A DNA stretch of 64,000 bases from an uncultured Candidatus Saccharibacteria bacterium (GTDB taxonomy: Bacteria; Patescibacteriota; Minisyncoccia; Phycocordibacterales; Zambryskibacteraceae): positions 11,875-75,874 of the forward strand of contig CAZXQA010000002.1 of NCBI GenBank assembly GCA_964642835.1, read 5' to 3'. The notes below the pieces were generated by a model. That model searched no databases. It was not told where the DNA came from and was given only the letters and a program-made list of their open reading frames with translations. The translations under genes and the position numbers were made by a program. Within the stretch, counting starts at the first letter, position 1, and each line of letters opens with the position of its first letter. This document shows, one piece after another, positions 38,096-46,038 of the stretch.

Positions 38096-38716
38096 CTACC
38101 TAGGGGTAAGTCGGTAAGTTGAAACTTGAACCAGAAGTACCAAGCAAAGCCATCCTATAGCTAATGGGGAGACAAGCCACCAAACGATCGAGGTTACCAT
38201 AGTGGCATACAAGTGGATATGCTTCATGTTTTTTCTCATTCCCAAAATGACCGGAATAGTTCTCATTCTCTCCTCCTTGTCTTTTTCCACATCACGCATG
38301 TCACCGGTTAAATTTCTGGCGAACAATACCGCCCCGACGAGATAAGGAATGTATGAGGCATACCCTGTAATTGCCCCGACAATCAGAAGGTTCTGGAGCC
38401 CTCTGCAGAATGGACTTAGCCACCCTAAATTCTTGGTTTTCTTTGTATACAAGTAACTAACAAAGATATATAAGATACCTTCTAGTCTTTTAAATAAAAG
38501 TAGGCCAAAAATAGCTAAGATGTAAGAAAAACTTACAGGCACTCTCTTTCTATAGGTGTGAGCGTGTCTATTTTCTAAATGAGCCAGGAAAGCAACGTGC
38601 AACAATAATGCTCCCCAAAACTGATGAGTTATTGCACCGACAGCAATAAGCAGAAGTACTAAATCTGCCAACGAATATAGGCGTAGCTGTCCCAAGTAAT
38701 TCAAAAACGTCTTCAT
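38096..38716 (-). CDS. Cassette gene 7: polytopic membrane protein with a UbiA-like Asp-rich motif (GDMRDVEKD)
   Basis: About six TM helices and a single DxxDxxxD motif. Function uncertain; possibly a truncated prenyltransferase. Confidence 0.45.
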   Translation of the reverse strand: MKTFLNYLGQLRLYSLADLVLLLIAVGAITHQFWGALLLHVAFLAHLENRHAHTYRKRVPVSFSYILAIFGLLLFKRLEGILYIFVSYLYTKKTKNLGWLSPFCRGLQNLLIVGAITGYASYIPYLVGAVLFARNLTGDMRDVEKDKEERMRTIPVILGMRKNMKHIHLYATMVTSIVWWLVSPLAIGWLCLVLLVQVSTYRLTPR

Positions 38717-38750
38717 ATAAAAAGCATACCAGTCAGAATAAGAAACACTA
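38717..38750 (-). repeat. Cassette repeat R7 (P-module only) joining gene 7 to tRNA-His
   Basis: cagtcagaataagaaacacta immediately 3' of tRNA-His, in the same position the P-module takes next to the tRNA-His remnants in R3/R4. Confidence 0.7.
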
Positions 38751-38823
38751 GGGCGACTAGAGAGAATCGAACTCTCGAGACCAGCTCCACAAGCTGGAGT
38801 TTTACCACTAAACTATAGTCGCC
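38751..38823 (-). tRNA. tRNA-His (GTG) with an encoded G-1
   Basis: GGCGACUA...UAGUCGCCC gives an 8-bp acceptor stem including G-1:C73. Anticodon loop UUGUGGA. T-loop GUUCGAUUC. Confidence 0.88.
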
Positions 38824-38894
38824 ATCAGGAGCACAAGCCCATTATACATTTCTGTACGAATCGAGCCCGCAATTAAGCGAGCTCGATTTCGCAC

Positions 38895-38980
38895 TGGTGC
38901 GCGGGAGAGGATTTGAACCTCCATGCCTCTCGGCGCTACCACCTCAAGGTAGTGCGTCTACCAATTTCGCCACCCGCGCA
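38895..38980 (-). tRNA. tRNA-Leu (GAG)
   Basis: Long variable arm; anticodon loop UUGAGGU; encoded CCA. Confidence 0.85.
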
Positions 38981-39003
38981 TTGGGGAAACTTTAACGTAA
39001 AAC

Positions 39004-39402
39004 TTAAGCGTTTTCAACCGGAGTCTCTTCCGCCACCACTTCATCCTTCTGCATACGGAGGTTTCTCATCTGGCGGCTGATCTCCTTCGCGGCCTTATCG
39101 CGAATGTGATAGAGCTTCGCGCGGCGAACCTGAGCGCGCTTGATCGTCTCGATGCGATCGATAACCGGTGAGTAGAGAGGGAAAATCTTCTCGACGCCGA
39201 CGCCAGAAGCCACGCGGCGAACGGTGAAGGTAGCACCAGCTTCCGTGCCGTGCTTACGAGCGAGAACGAGACCCTCGAAGGCCTGGAGGCGGACCTTACC
39301 CTTTTCCTGGATCTTCTGCCAGACACGAATAGTGTCGCCCGCGCGGAGGTCGAGCTTCTGGCGTTCTTCGATATTAACCGGTGAAATGACTCTGTTTGCC
39401 AT
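39004..39402 (-). CDS. rplS: 50S ribosomal protein L19
   Basis: L19 similarity (VGDTIRV...GKVRLQAFEGLVLARKHGTEAGATFTVRRV). Confidence 0.92.
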   Translation of the reverse strand: MANRVISPVNIEERQKLDLRAGDTIRVWQKIQEKGKVRLQAFEGLVLARKHGTEAGATFTVRRVASGVGVEKIFPLYSPVIDRIETIKRAQVRRAKLYHIRDKAAKEISRQMRNLRMQKDEVVAEETPVENA

Positions 39403-39418
39403 ATGTCTGATGTGCGGA

Positions 39419-40165
39419 CTAATCTAACACACCTCCACCCACCATGTCTACAGCGGCTTGGAAGTCGGCCGGATACGGGGCCACGAGCTCGACACGCTCC
39501 CCCGCGAGGTTCGTGAAGGCGATTTTCCGCGCATGGAGAGCCGTGCGCTCGAAGCCTAAGAGCTTTGGCTTCCCCGCGGCGTAGAGCGGATCGGAGACGA
39601 CGGGTCGCTGGAGCGCCTGGAAGTGGACGCGGATCTGGTGTGTGCGCCCCGTCTTCGGCTGAGCCTCGATAAAACTCACGTTGTGAGTTTTATCGCGCCG
39701 CAAAACGCGGAAATACGTCACAGCCTCGCGATTTTCGCCGCGCGTACTGCCCGGACGAGCCGACCATTTACGGAAGTCACCAGAGCTTCGACCAATCGGG
39801 AAGGTGATCGTCCCATGGTCATCCTTGAGATCACCATATACAAAGAGATGATAGGTCTTCTCCACTTCCCTGTTTTGAAACTGAGCCTTCAAATGCTCGT
39901 GCCCTTGAGCGGTCTTCGCCAGGAGAAGAACGCCCGAGGTGTCGCGGTCAATCCGGTGAACGATACCGGGGCGCGCGATCTCCTTGCCCTCGCGCGTTTG
40001 AATCGGCTCTCCTAGTCCCACGGCCTCTGGATACGCCGCGACAAACCAGTCCGCGAGGCTCGGCTCTTCCGTTCGTCCATCTGAATGCACGACAAGCCCG
40101 GCGGGTTTGTTGACCGCCACAATATCTGCGTCTTCGTAGAGAATCGCGTCTTTTAAATCGACCAT
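39419..40165 (-). CDS. RluA-family pseudouridine synthase (RluD-like)
   Basis: Catalytic HRIDRDTSGVLLLAK motif. Confidence 0.88.
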   Translation of the reverse strand: MVDLKDAILYEDADIVAVNKPAGLVVHSDGRTEEPSLADWFVAAYPEAVGLGEPIQTREGKEIARPGIVHRIDRDTSGVLLLAKTAQGHEHLKAQFQNREVEKTYHLFVYGDLKDDHGTITFPIGRSSGDFRKWSARPGSTRGENREAVTYFRVLRRDKTHNVSFIEAQPKTGRTHQIRVHFQALQRPVVSDPLYAAGKPKLLGFERTALHARKIAFTNLAGERVELVAPYPADFQAAVDMVGGGVLD

Positions 40166-40238
40166 GTGTCCCTGGTAGGAATCGAACCTACATCAGCGCC
40201 TTAGAAGAGCGCTGCTCTATCCATTGAGCTACAAGGAC
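40166..40238 (-). tRNA. tRNA-Arg (TCT)
   Basis: Cloverleaf with anticodon loop CUUCUAA. Confidence 0.85.
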
Positions 40239-40242
40239 AGGG

Positions 40243-40327
40243 TGGGCACGAGAGGACTTGAACCTCCAATCCCTTGCGGGAACAGCGACCTGAACGCTGC
40301 GCGTCTGCCAATTTCGCCACGTGCCCG
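40243..40327 (-). tRNA. tRNA-Leu (CAG)
   Basis: Long variable arm; anticodon loop UUCAGGU. Confidence 0.85.
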
Positions 40328-40392
40328 ACAGTGCCCATTGGGGCCCGAAGCCCGTGCAAAAACAATACAACATATGCTAGTATCTCGCTATT

Positions 40393-40468
40393 GCGGGATT
40401 AGCTCAGTTGGTAGAGCAACTCTTTTACACAGAGAAGGTCACAGGTTCGAGTCCTGTATCCCGCACCC
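40393..40468 (+). tRNA. tRNA-Val (TAC)
   Basis: GCGGGAU acceptor stem, anticodon loop UUUACAC, T-loop GGUUCGAGUCC. Confidence 0.85.
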
Positions 40469-40561
40469 GATGGACGAGAAGCGCGCAGGCCGACGGGCCG
40501 AGCGGGGGTCGCGAAAATTTCAGTAAGAAATTATTCGTGACCGAGTCCTGTATCCCGCACC
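40469..40561 (+). repeat. att-like scar downstream of tRNA-Val. A 55-nt segment related to the R3 insert is followed by a 22-nt direct duplicate of the tRNA-Val 3' end
   Basis: ...aggccgacgggccgagcgggggtcgcgaaaatttcagtaagaaattattcgtgaccGAGTCCTGTATCCCGCACC. The capitals repeat 40447..40468. Confidence 0.7.
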
Positions 40562-40954
40562 TTAGTTCGAATCGATATAGTTCTTAAGGATGATAGCCGC
40601 GGCCGAAGCATCGGTCATGCTCGTGTTGCCCTGGATCTGGCGAGCCTCCATGGTGGTAAAGATTTCCGGATGGAGAATGACTTCCACGCCATTCTTCTCG
40701 AGAGCGGCCTTGAACTCCTGAATCCGGCCGAGGATCGCGTTCGCCGAACCATCCAAGTTCCTGGATTCTCCCATAATCACCTTCTCGATCCCCTCTTTCA
40801 TCTTGAACTCAAGCACCGTCTCTAAGAGATGCTCATCGTTCGGTAAGACTAGGCGAGGCAAGGCGAAGGTGCCTCCTTCGTCTGTGGAAGCGATGCCTAC
40901 CCGCTTTTCGCCATAATCGATCGCCATTAACTTCATGAGTTCAGTATAGTACAC
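40562..40954 (-). CDS. ruvX: Holliday junction resolvase-like RuvX/YqgF (pre-16S rRNA nuclease)
   Basis: AIDYGEKRVGIA...LVLP N-terminus typical of YqgF. Confidence 0.85.
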   Translation of the reverse strand: MYYTELMKLMAIDYGEKRVGIASTDEGGTFALPRLVLPNDEHLLETVLEFKMKEGIEKVIMGESRNLDGSANAILGRIQEFKAALEKNGVEVILHPEIFTTMEARQIQGNTSMTDASAAAIILKNYIDSN

Positions 40955-40962
40955 TAAGGGCC

Positions 40963-41196
40963 ATGGAATCCCTCACCACTCTCTCGAACCTCGTTGGCCT
41001 TGACCCTATCGTTATCATCCTTATTGTCGCGTGGACCTTAGCCTGGAAGGGCTTCGCGCTCTGGCGCGCTGCCGAACTTCGCGAGAAGAACTGGTTCATC
41101 GCCCTCTTTCTCTTGAACACGCTCGGCATTCTCGACATCATTTACCTCTTTGTCCTCACGCGCGGATATAAGGTGGAAGTGGTCGAAGAAAAGTAA
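40963..41196 (+). CDS. Small hypothetical membrane protein
   Basis: 77 aa with two TM helices. Confidence 0.5.
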   Translation: MESLTTLSNLVGLDPIVIILIVAWTLAWKGFALWRAAELREKNWFIALFLLNTLGILDIIYLFVLTRGYKVEVVEEK

Positions 41197-41218
41197 GGGT
41201 GGTATTGTACAAACATCC

Positions 41219-41306
41219 GGGAGGAGTGGCGGAGTGGTCTAACGCACCTGTCTTGAAAACAGGAGGGCTCGCAAGGGTCCCGTGAGTTCGAATCTCACCT
41301 CCTCCG
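41219..41306 (+). tRNA. tRNA-Ser (TGA)
   Basis: GGAGGAG acceptor stem, anticodon loop CUUGAAA, and a long variable arm. Confidence 0.85.
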
Positions 41307-41341
41307 CAACTTATTTAATTAAATTAAGGTAAGCTAGGTTC

Positions 41342-42133
41342 ATGAACCCTGACCATATCTCTCATCGCAAATTTATCCTCGGAGCGAGTGTTGTTGCCGC
41401 TATTTTAATCTTTTCTGCGCATACCGTTTCTCGTCACACTCCCTCCAATTCTCTCCCTGAAGTCCCCGAGGAAGTTTCTGACACCACCTCTTCCCCACCC
41501 GCTTCTCTGACTGAAAGTGCTCCAGCAGAAACCTTGATCCCCACTCTCTCACTTGCGGAAGCTCTGAGTGCGATACCATCAGACGAATCGGCCGAGCCCC
41601 TTTCATCAAGTTCAAATCAAATCATCCTTGAGAAACTTGGTCTTATGTTCGATCTCCCTAAGGGGTACACGGCGTACCAGAAGGAAGGTTTTGAAGGAGG
41701 ATACGGCTTGAACGTCGTCATAACCAAGGACGTTACTCCTGGTCACGTAACGTATGCCGCTATTACTATGAGAACCTTTTACGGTGAGCAGGTCAGTCAT
41801 GAGACTCCTCACGAACCATTCTTCTCTGCGAAGAACTATCTTTCCGCTCTCGTTAAACAAATTAACCTGAAAGAAGCCGAGGCTACTCACTTTTCTTTCC
41901 ATAGTCTGTACCGCACCCCCGCGAAGACCACTCTTGCAGGAAGAGAAGCTCTGTTCTATGAATATGATGAAGTGGACTTGAGTTATCACGTGGTGACGGT
42001 TCTCTCAGGTTCCTGGTATGATTCCGAATATCTCGGATTAGAGATCAGCAGTTCCACCTACGGCACCGGCGCCCAGTTCAACCCCGCCCTCTTTAAACAG
42101 ATTGTGCTCAGCCTCCGACCTATTAACAAATAA
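41342..42133 (+). CDS. Hypothetical secreted/membrane-anchored protein
   Basis: N-terminal TM helix and a Ser/Pro-rich linker; no recognised domain. Confidence 0.55.
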   Translation: MNPDHISHRKFILGASVVAAILIFSAHTVSRHTPSNSLPEVPEEVSDTTSSPPASLTESAPAETLIPTLSLAEALSAIPSDESAEPLSSSSNQIILEKLGLMFDLPKGYTAYQKEGFEGGYGLNVVITKDVTPGHVTYAAITMRTFYGEQVSHETPHEPFFSAKNYLSALVKQINLKEAEATHFSFHSLYRTPAKTTLAGREALFYEYDEVDLSYHVVTVLSGSWYDSEYLGLEISSSTYGTGAQFNPALFKQIVLSLRPINK

Positions 42134-42134
42134 C

Positions 42135-42467
42135 ATGCGTCCCATGATCACCATCGACGACTTCGTTAAGTGCGAAATTAGGATTGGCAAAGTGCTCTCC
42201 GCCGAGAGAATTGAGGGCTCGGAGAAACTCCTCAAGCTCTCGATCGATCTCGGAGAAGCAAGTCCTCGCCAGATTCTCTCCGGTGTTGCGAAGGCTGTTT
42301 CTGATCCATCGGAACTTGTCGGCAAGGAGGTGCCAATTATCGCGAACCTCGCGCCGCGCATGATGATGGGTATGGAAAGCCAGGGCATGATGCTCTGCGC
42401 CGACGGCGATCTCCCCGTCTTTCTCCACCCCGCCAAGGACGTTCTTCCCGGCAGCCTCGTTAAGTAG
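42135..42467 (+). CDS. tRNA-binding domain protein (CsaA/Trbp111-like, EMAP/MetRS C-terminal-domain homologue)
   Basis: ITIDDFVKCEIRIGKVLSAERIEGSEKLLKLSIDLGE...ANLAPRMMMGMESQGMML matches the OB-fold tRNA-binding domain. The ATG at 42135 is preferred. Confidence 0.8.
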   Translation: MRPMITIDDFVKCEIRIGKVLSAERIEGSEKLLKLSIDLGEASPRQILSGVAKAVSDPSELVGKEVPIIANLAPRMMMGMESQGMMLCADGDLPVFLHPAKDVLPGSLVK

Positions 42468-42483
42468 TGATATAATTGGGTGA

Positions 42484-42957
42484 ATGAAAAAAGTTTCTCC
42501 CTTCACGATTGAATGGGAAGCCCCTGAACACGAGCATAAACAGCGCAGCGCTGACTGGTTCTGGGCCACGGGCATTCTCACCATCTCGGCCTCTGTTGCC
42601 GCTTTCATCTTCGGAAACGTTATCTTCGGCATTCTCATCCTTATTGCCGCCTTCTCTCTCGCCCTCTTCATCAACAGAGAGCCTGACATGATCAGCGTCC
42701 GCATGGACGAGCGCGGTATCGCGCGAGACAAGATGTATTACCCATACGAGATGCTGCAGAGCTTCTGGATCGACGTCGAGCACGCGCATCCGAAGATCAT
42801 GCTCGCTTCGAAGAAGGCTTACCTCCCTCTCATCATCATTCCCCTGAGTCACGAGACGGACGCGGAGAAGGTTGCCGACTTGCTCATGGCCCATTTGAAG
42901 GAAGAACCCCACACTCTCCCCCTCCTTGAGAGACTCATCGAATATTTAGGATTTTAA
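42484..42957 (+). CDS. Hypothetical membrane protein
   Basis: Two TM helices; no recognised domain. Confidence 0.5.
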   Translation: MKKVSPFTIEWEAPEHEHKQRSADWFWATGILTISASVAAFIFGNVIFGILILIAAFSLALFINREPDMISVRMDERGIARDKMYYPYEMLQSFWIDVEHAHPKIMLASKKAYLPLIIIPLSHETDAEKVADLLMAHLKEEPHTLPLLERLIEYLGF

Positions 42958-42961
42958 ATAA

Positions 42962-42998
42962 TAGAAAGGGCGCCGCAATATATCGCGGCGCCCTTTTC
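42962..42998. terminator. Bidirectional rho-independent terminator
   Basis: AAGGGCGCCGCaatatatcGCGGCGCCCTTTT perfect hairpin. Confidence 0.8.
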
Positions 42999-43009
42999 GT
43001 CTTACTTCT

Positions 43010-43252
43010 TCACGTCCTGATGGACTTCTGCGATCGCCGGCTCGGCGGACGGTTGTGGTACTTCTGGCGTTCCCGTTCCTGGGGGTTCATGTAGAACCTC
43101 CGGAGATGGTGCGGGACTTGCTTTCCAGAACCTGTCTGCTGAGCCTGCGCGTGCTGCTGTGCCATCCTGTTGTTCCTTTCCGAGTGGAAGAGACTTACAG
43201 TGGAGTGGGTGCTGCCGAATACCAATGTAGCGCACCTTACAGTCGCGTTCAA
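43010..43252 (-). CDS. Hypothetical small basic protein; frame ambiguous with the overlapping ORF 43002..43235
   Basis: Two overlapping minus-strand ORFs. Neither has recognisable similarity. Confidence 0.25.
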   Translation of the reverse strand: MNATVRCATLVFGSTHSTVSLFHSERNNRMAQQHAQAQQTGSGKQVPHHLRRFYMNPQERERQKYHNRPPSRRSQKSIRT

Positions 43253-43304
43253 GAGGACCTGTGCATAATGTAAAAATGTGCTAGCATGACTTTTGTTGAA
43301 GCTG

Positions 43305-43379
43305 GCTCCCGTCGTTCAATGGATAGGACACAACCTTGCGGAGGTTGCGATGTGGGTTCGATTCCTGCCGGGAGCACCA
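43305..43379 (+). tRNA. tRNA-Arg (anticodon read as GCG)
   Basis: GCUCCCG acceptor stem, anticodon loop UUGCGGA, T-loop GGUUCGAUUCC, encoded CCA. The unusual G34 should be verified. Confidence 0.7.
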
Positions 43380-43380
43380 A

Positions 43381-43416
43381 ATGAAAAATCCCCTCAATGG
43401 GGATTTTTCATTTGAG
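43381..43416. terminator. Bidirectional terminator hairpin
   Basis: AAATGAAAAATCCCCtcaatGGGGATTTTTCATTT. Confidence 0.8.
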
Positions 43417-43430
43417 GCGGAACCTTTGTA

Positions 43431-43694
43431 TTATTTAATACCTTTTACAAGCTTCGAAAGGCCAGACTTGCGGCGAGCGGCCGTGTTCTTGTTGAGAACA
43501 CCTCCCTTCACGGCCTTGTCGAGAGCCTGCTGAGCGGTGGCCATCATGGCCTGAGCGGCCTTCTTGTCACCCTTGAGAACAAGCTTCTTGAGAGACTTCA
43601 TGGCATTCGTAGCCTTCTCCTTGCGGGCGATATTAACCTCGCGACGGCGGAGCGATTGGCGGCGGGCTTTCTTGGCTGATCTAGTGATTGGCAT
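43431..43694 (-). CDS. rpsT: 30S ribosomal protein S20
   Basis: MPITRSAKKARRQSLRRREVNIARK... matches S20. Start taken at 43694 rather than the extended ORF. Confidence 0.88.
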   Translation of the reverse strand: MPITRSAKKARRQSLRRREVNIARKEKATNAMKSLKKLVLKGDKKAAQAMMATAQQALDKAVKGGVLNKNTAARRKSGLSKLVKGIK

Positions 43695-43733
43695 AAGAGG
43701 CAATATACCAGGGTTTACCCTATAATGGCAAGT

Positions 43734-44309
43734 ATGATTGCTTCGCTCAGCGGCACCATCCGACACAAGGACACTACGTCTCTCGTGATTGACGTCGGAG
43801 GCGTGGGCTACCGCGTAGCTGTCCCCGCGGACGTCTCTCTCGCCACCTCCCTCTCCCAGCCGGTCTTCCTCTGGACCCACCTGGCCGTCCGCGAAACCTC
43901 ACTCGACCTCTTCGGCTTCCTCGAGCGCGAAACGTTAGAAATCTTCGAGCTTCTCATCACCATTTCTGGCATTGGGCCTAAAACGGCTCTCGGGATCTTA
44001 AACGTCGCCTCCCCCGCCACCCTGCGTCAGGCCGTCGGCTCGGGCGACACTTCCTATCTCACTCGTGTCTCCGGTATCGGCAAGAAAAACGCCGAGAAGA
44101 TCGTCATGGAACTCAAAGATAAGCTCATCGTCACCGACGAAGAGAAGAGTATGGATACCCGCACCGAGGGTGACGCCATGGAGGCCCTCCTCTCCTTGGG
44201 CTACAGCGAACGCGATGCCCGTGATGCCTTGAAGAAGGTTGATAAAACTGTGAAGGGAGCGAGCGATAGAGTGAAGCAGGCTTTGAAGGTATTATCTCAG
44301 CATGCCTGA
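43734..44309 (+). CDS. ruvA: Holliday junction DNA helicase RuvA
   Basis: LITISGIGPKTALGILN helix-hairpin-helix motif. TATAAT at 43721..43726 sits 7 nt upstream of this ATG, suggesting a leaderless transcript. Confidence 0.9.
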   Translation: MIASLSGTIRHKDTTSLVIDVGGVGYRVAVPADVSLATSLSQPVFLWTHLAVRETSLDLFGFLERETLEIFELLITISGIGPKTALGILNVASPATLRQAVGSGDTSYLTRVSGIGKKNAEKIVMELKDKLIVTDEEKSMDTRTEGDAMEALLSLGYSERDARDALKKVDKTVKGASDRVKQALKVLSQHA

Positions 44310-45162
44310 GTTACCAGAAGTCCAAACTACCGTCGACGGGATTAACCAGACGAGCCGAGGGAAGACGATCGCGGGTGTCACTACCTCGTACAACAGCTCT
44401 CATTACGCTGGCAAGGATGAGGTGAAGAACCCAACCTTTTTCAAAGAGTTTAAGAAACGCGTCATCGGCAAAACAATTCTCAAAGCCGAGCGCCGAGCGA
44501 AAAATATTTTGATTCACCTCTCTGGCCAAGAGACCATCCTCACCCACATGAAGATGACGGGCTCCTATTTCTACAACCCGCCCAAGGACGCCAAACACAT
44601 CCGCCTCACCTTCACCCTCAACAATGGCAAAGCACTCGCTCTCGCAGATCTCCGCCGCTTCGCCAAGGTCACGGTGATTAAAACTGACAAACTCAAGGAT
44701 TCTACTCACCTCGCGAACATCGGCCCCGAACCACTCGACAAGAATTTTCAATTTCCCCGTTTCAAGTTTCAATTACTGCAAAAGCCGAAGGGGAAAATTA
44801 AACAAGTCCTTATGGACCCGAGCGTCGTCGCTGGTATCGGCAACATCTACTCAGACGAAATTCTCTGGCGCTCCTCCGTCCATCCCCTCTCGCTCGTCGC
44901 GAAGATTCCAGAGAAGAATCTGAAGCTCATGTTTAAAGCCATGAAGGAAACACTTACAAAAGGCATCCACTTCGGCGGTGACTCAACCTCTGACTACTTA
45001 AATATCGAGGGCAAGCCAGGAGCATTCCAAGCCCACCATCGCGCGTACCACATGCACAAGAAACCATGTTTGAAGAAAGGCTGCCCAGGCGTCTTAGAGC
45101 GCCTCATCATCGGCGGCCGCTCCGCGCACTTCTGCCCGGTGCATCAGAAACTGTATAAATAA
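44302..45162 (+). CDS. mutM: Formamidopyrimidine-DNA glycosylase (Fpg/MutM)
   Basis: N-terminal MPELPEV and a C-terminal zinc finger (CPGVLERLIIGGRSAHFCPVHQ). Confidence 0.9.
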   Translation: MPELPEVQTTVDGINQTSRGKTIAGVTTSYNSSHYAGKDEVKNPTFFKEFKKRVIGKTILKAERRAKNILIHLSGQETILTHMKMTGSYFYNPPKDAKHIRLTFTLNNGKALALADLRRFAKVTVIKTDKLKDSTHLANIGPEPLDKNFQFPRFKFQLLQKPKGKIKQVLMDPSVVAGIGNIYSDEILWRSSVHPLSLVAKIPEKNLKLMFKAMKETLTKGIHFGGDSTSDYLNIEGKPGAFQAHHRAYHMHKKPCLKKGCPGVLERLIIGGRSAHFCPVHQKLYK

Positions 45163-45174
45163 TAAGCGGCGCGC

Positions 45175-45480
45175 TCAGCTTTCGCTTTGCGCGCCACTCT
45201 TTTCTTCTTTCTTTACTTCGAGAATCAGGCTGCCGTCGTGGAAAAACGCTGACCCAAGAGTTCTGATCAAGGACCATCTCTTCCACAACTGATTCCGTCG
45301 TGCATCTGAGAGTCTTAGAAAAAATCCTCGACGGTAGGGGTACACCTCGTTGAAGATGGCCGCGTGATTCTCTCTCGGCTCAACTACGGCATTGTGCAGT
45401 CGCCCCAGGAACTGCCTTTCTTGTGGAGTTTCGCCTTCGAGCCGCAAGTTTCCTTCATCAGTAAGAATTGCTTTCATCAC
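45175..45480 (-). CDS. Hypothetical protein
   Basis: ORF of 101 aa with no recognisable motif. Confidence 0.4.
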   Translation of the reverse strand: MMKAILTDEGNLRLEGETPQERQFLGRLHNAVVEPRENHAAIFNEVYPYRRGFFLRLSDARRNQLWKRWSLIRTLGSAFFHDGSLILEVKKEEKSGAQSES

Positions 45481-45560
45481 ACTCTCCTTTCTTAATCATA
45501 CACCCATTTAGCCTATTTGTCAAGGAGTATTTGGTGGCTTAAGGGCTTACTATTTCGCAT

Positions 45561-46034
45561 ATGAAGACAGGCGTCCTGATTTTGGACAATTTACGAAGCG
45601 TCGAGAACACGGGCTCCATTTTCCGCACCGCGGAGGGACTTGGCGTAAGCAAAATCTATTGCATCGGCACCACCCCTACCCCACTCGACCGCTTCGGCCG
45701 CAAGCGTACCGACTTCGCCAAGGTCTCTCTCGGCGCGGAAGAAATGCTTGAGTGGGAATATGCGAAAGAAATTATGCCAGTGTTAAAAGAATTGAAATCA
45801 CAGAACTTTAAAATCCTCGCGCTCGAACAAGATGAACGCTCTATACCTCTCCAAGCCGCAGGCCCCAAGCTCTCTACCTTTGCCCTTGTCGTCGGTAACG
45901 AAGTAGATGGTGTCTCGAAAGAAGTTCTCGATACGGCGGATAAGATCCTCGAGATCTCGATGCGGGGCAAGAAAGAGTCCTTAAACGTCTCCGTCTCGAC
46001 GGGCATCGCCCTGTATTCCCTCATGCTAGAATAA
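45561..46034 (+). CDS. SpoU/TrmH-family RNA 2'-O-methyltransferase
   Basis: SPOUT motifs (NTGSIFRTAEGLGV, ALVVGNEVDGVS, LNVSVSTGIALY). Confidence 0.88.
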   Translation: MKTGVLILDNLRSVENTGSIFRTAEGLGVSKIYCIGTTPTPLDRFGRKRTDFAKVSLGAEEMLEWEYAKEIMPVLKELKSQNFKILALEQDERSIPLQAAGPKLSTFALVVGNEVDGVSKEVLDTADKILEISMRGKKESLNVSVSTGIALYSLMLE

Positions 46035-46038
46035 ATCC

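Larger units (their letters stand above)
33098..38750 (-). mobile_element. Integron-like cassette array / tandem tRNA-His-associated genomic islet. Seven single-gene modules are each followed by a conserved ~110-nt bipartite repeat
   Basis: Repeats R0-R7 (below) share about 85-90% identity. All genes are co-oriented. The array abuts the 3' end of tRNA-His. Degenerate tRNA-His 3'-end copies lie inside R3 and R4. The region is visibly more A+T-rich than its flanks. No recombinase gene found. Confidence 0.6.

Noticed and set aside
33098-38750. CRISPR array interpretation of the repeated intergenic element
   Set aside because: Repeat units are about 110 nt and are separated by complete 0.5-0.9 kb protein-coding genes, not 25-50-nt spacers. 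No cas genes are present.
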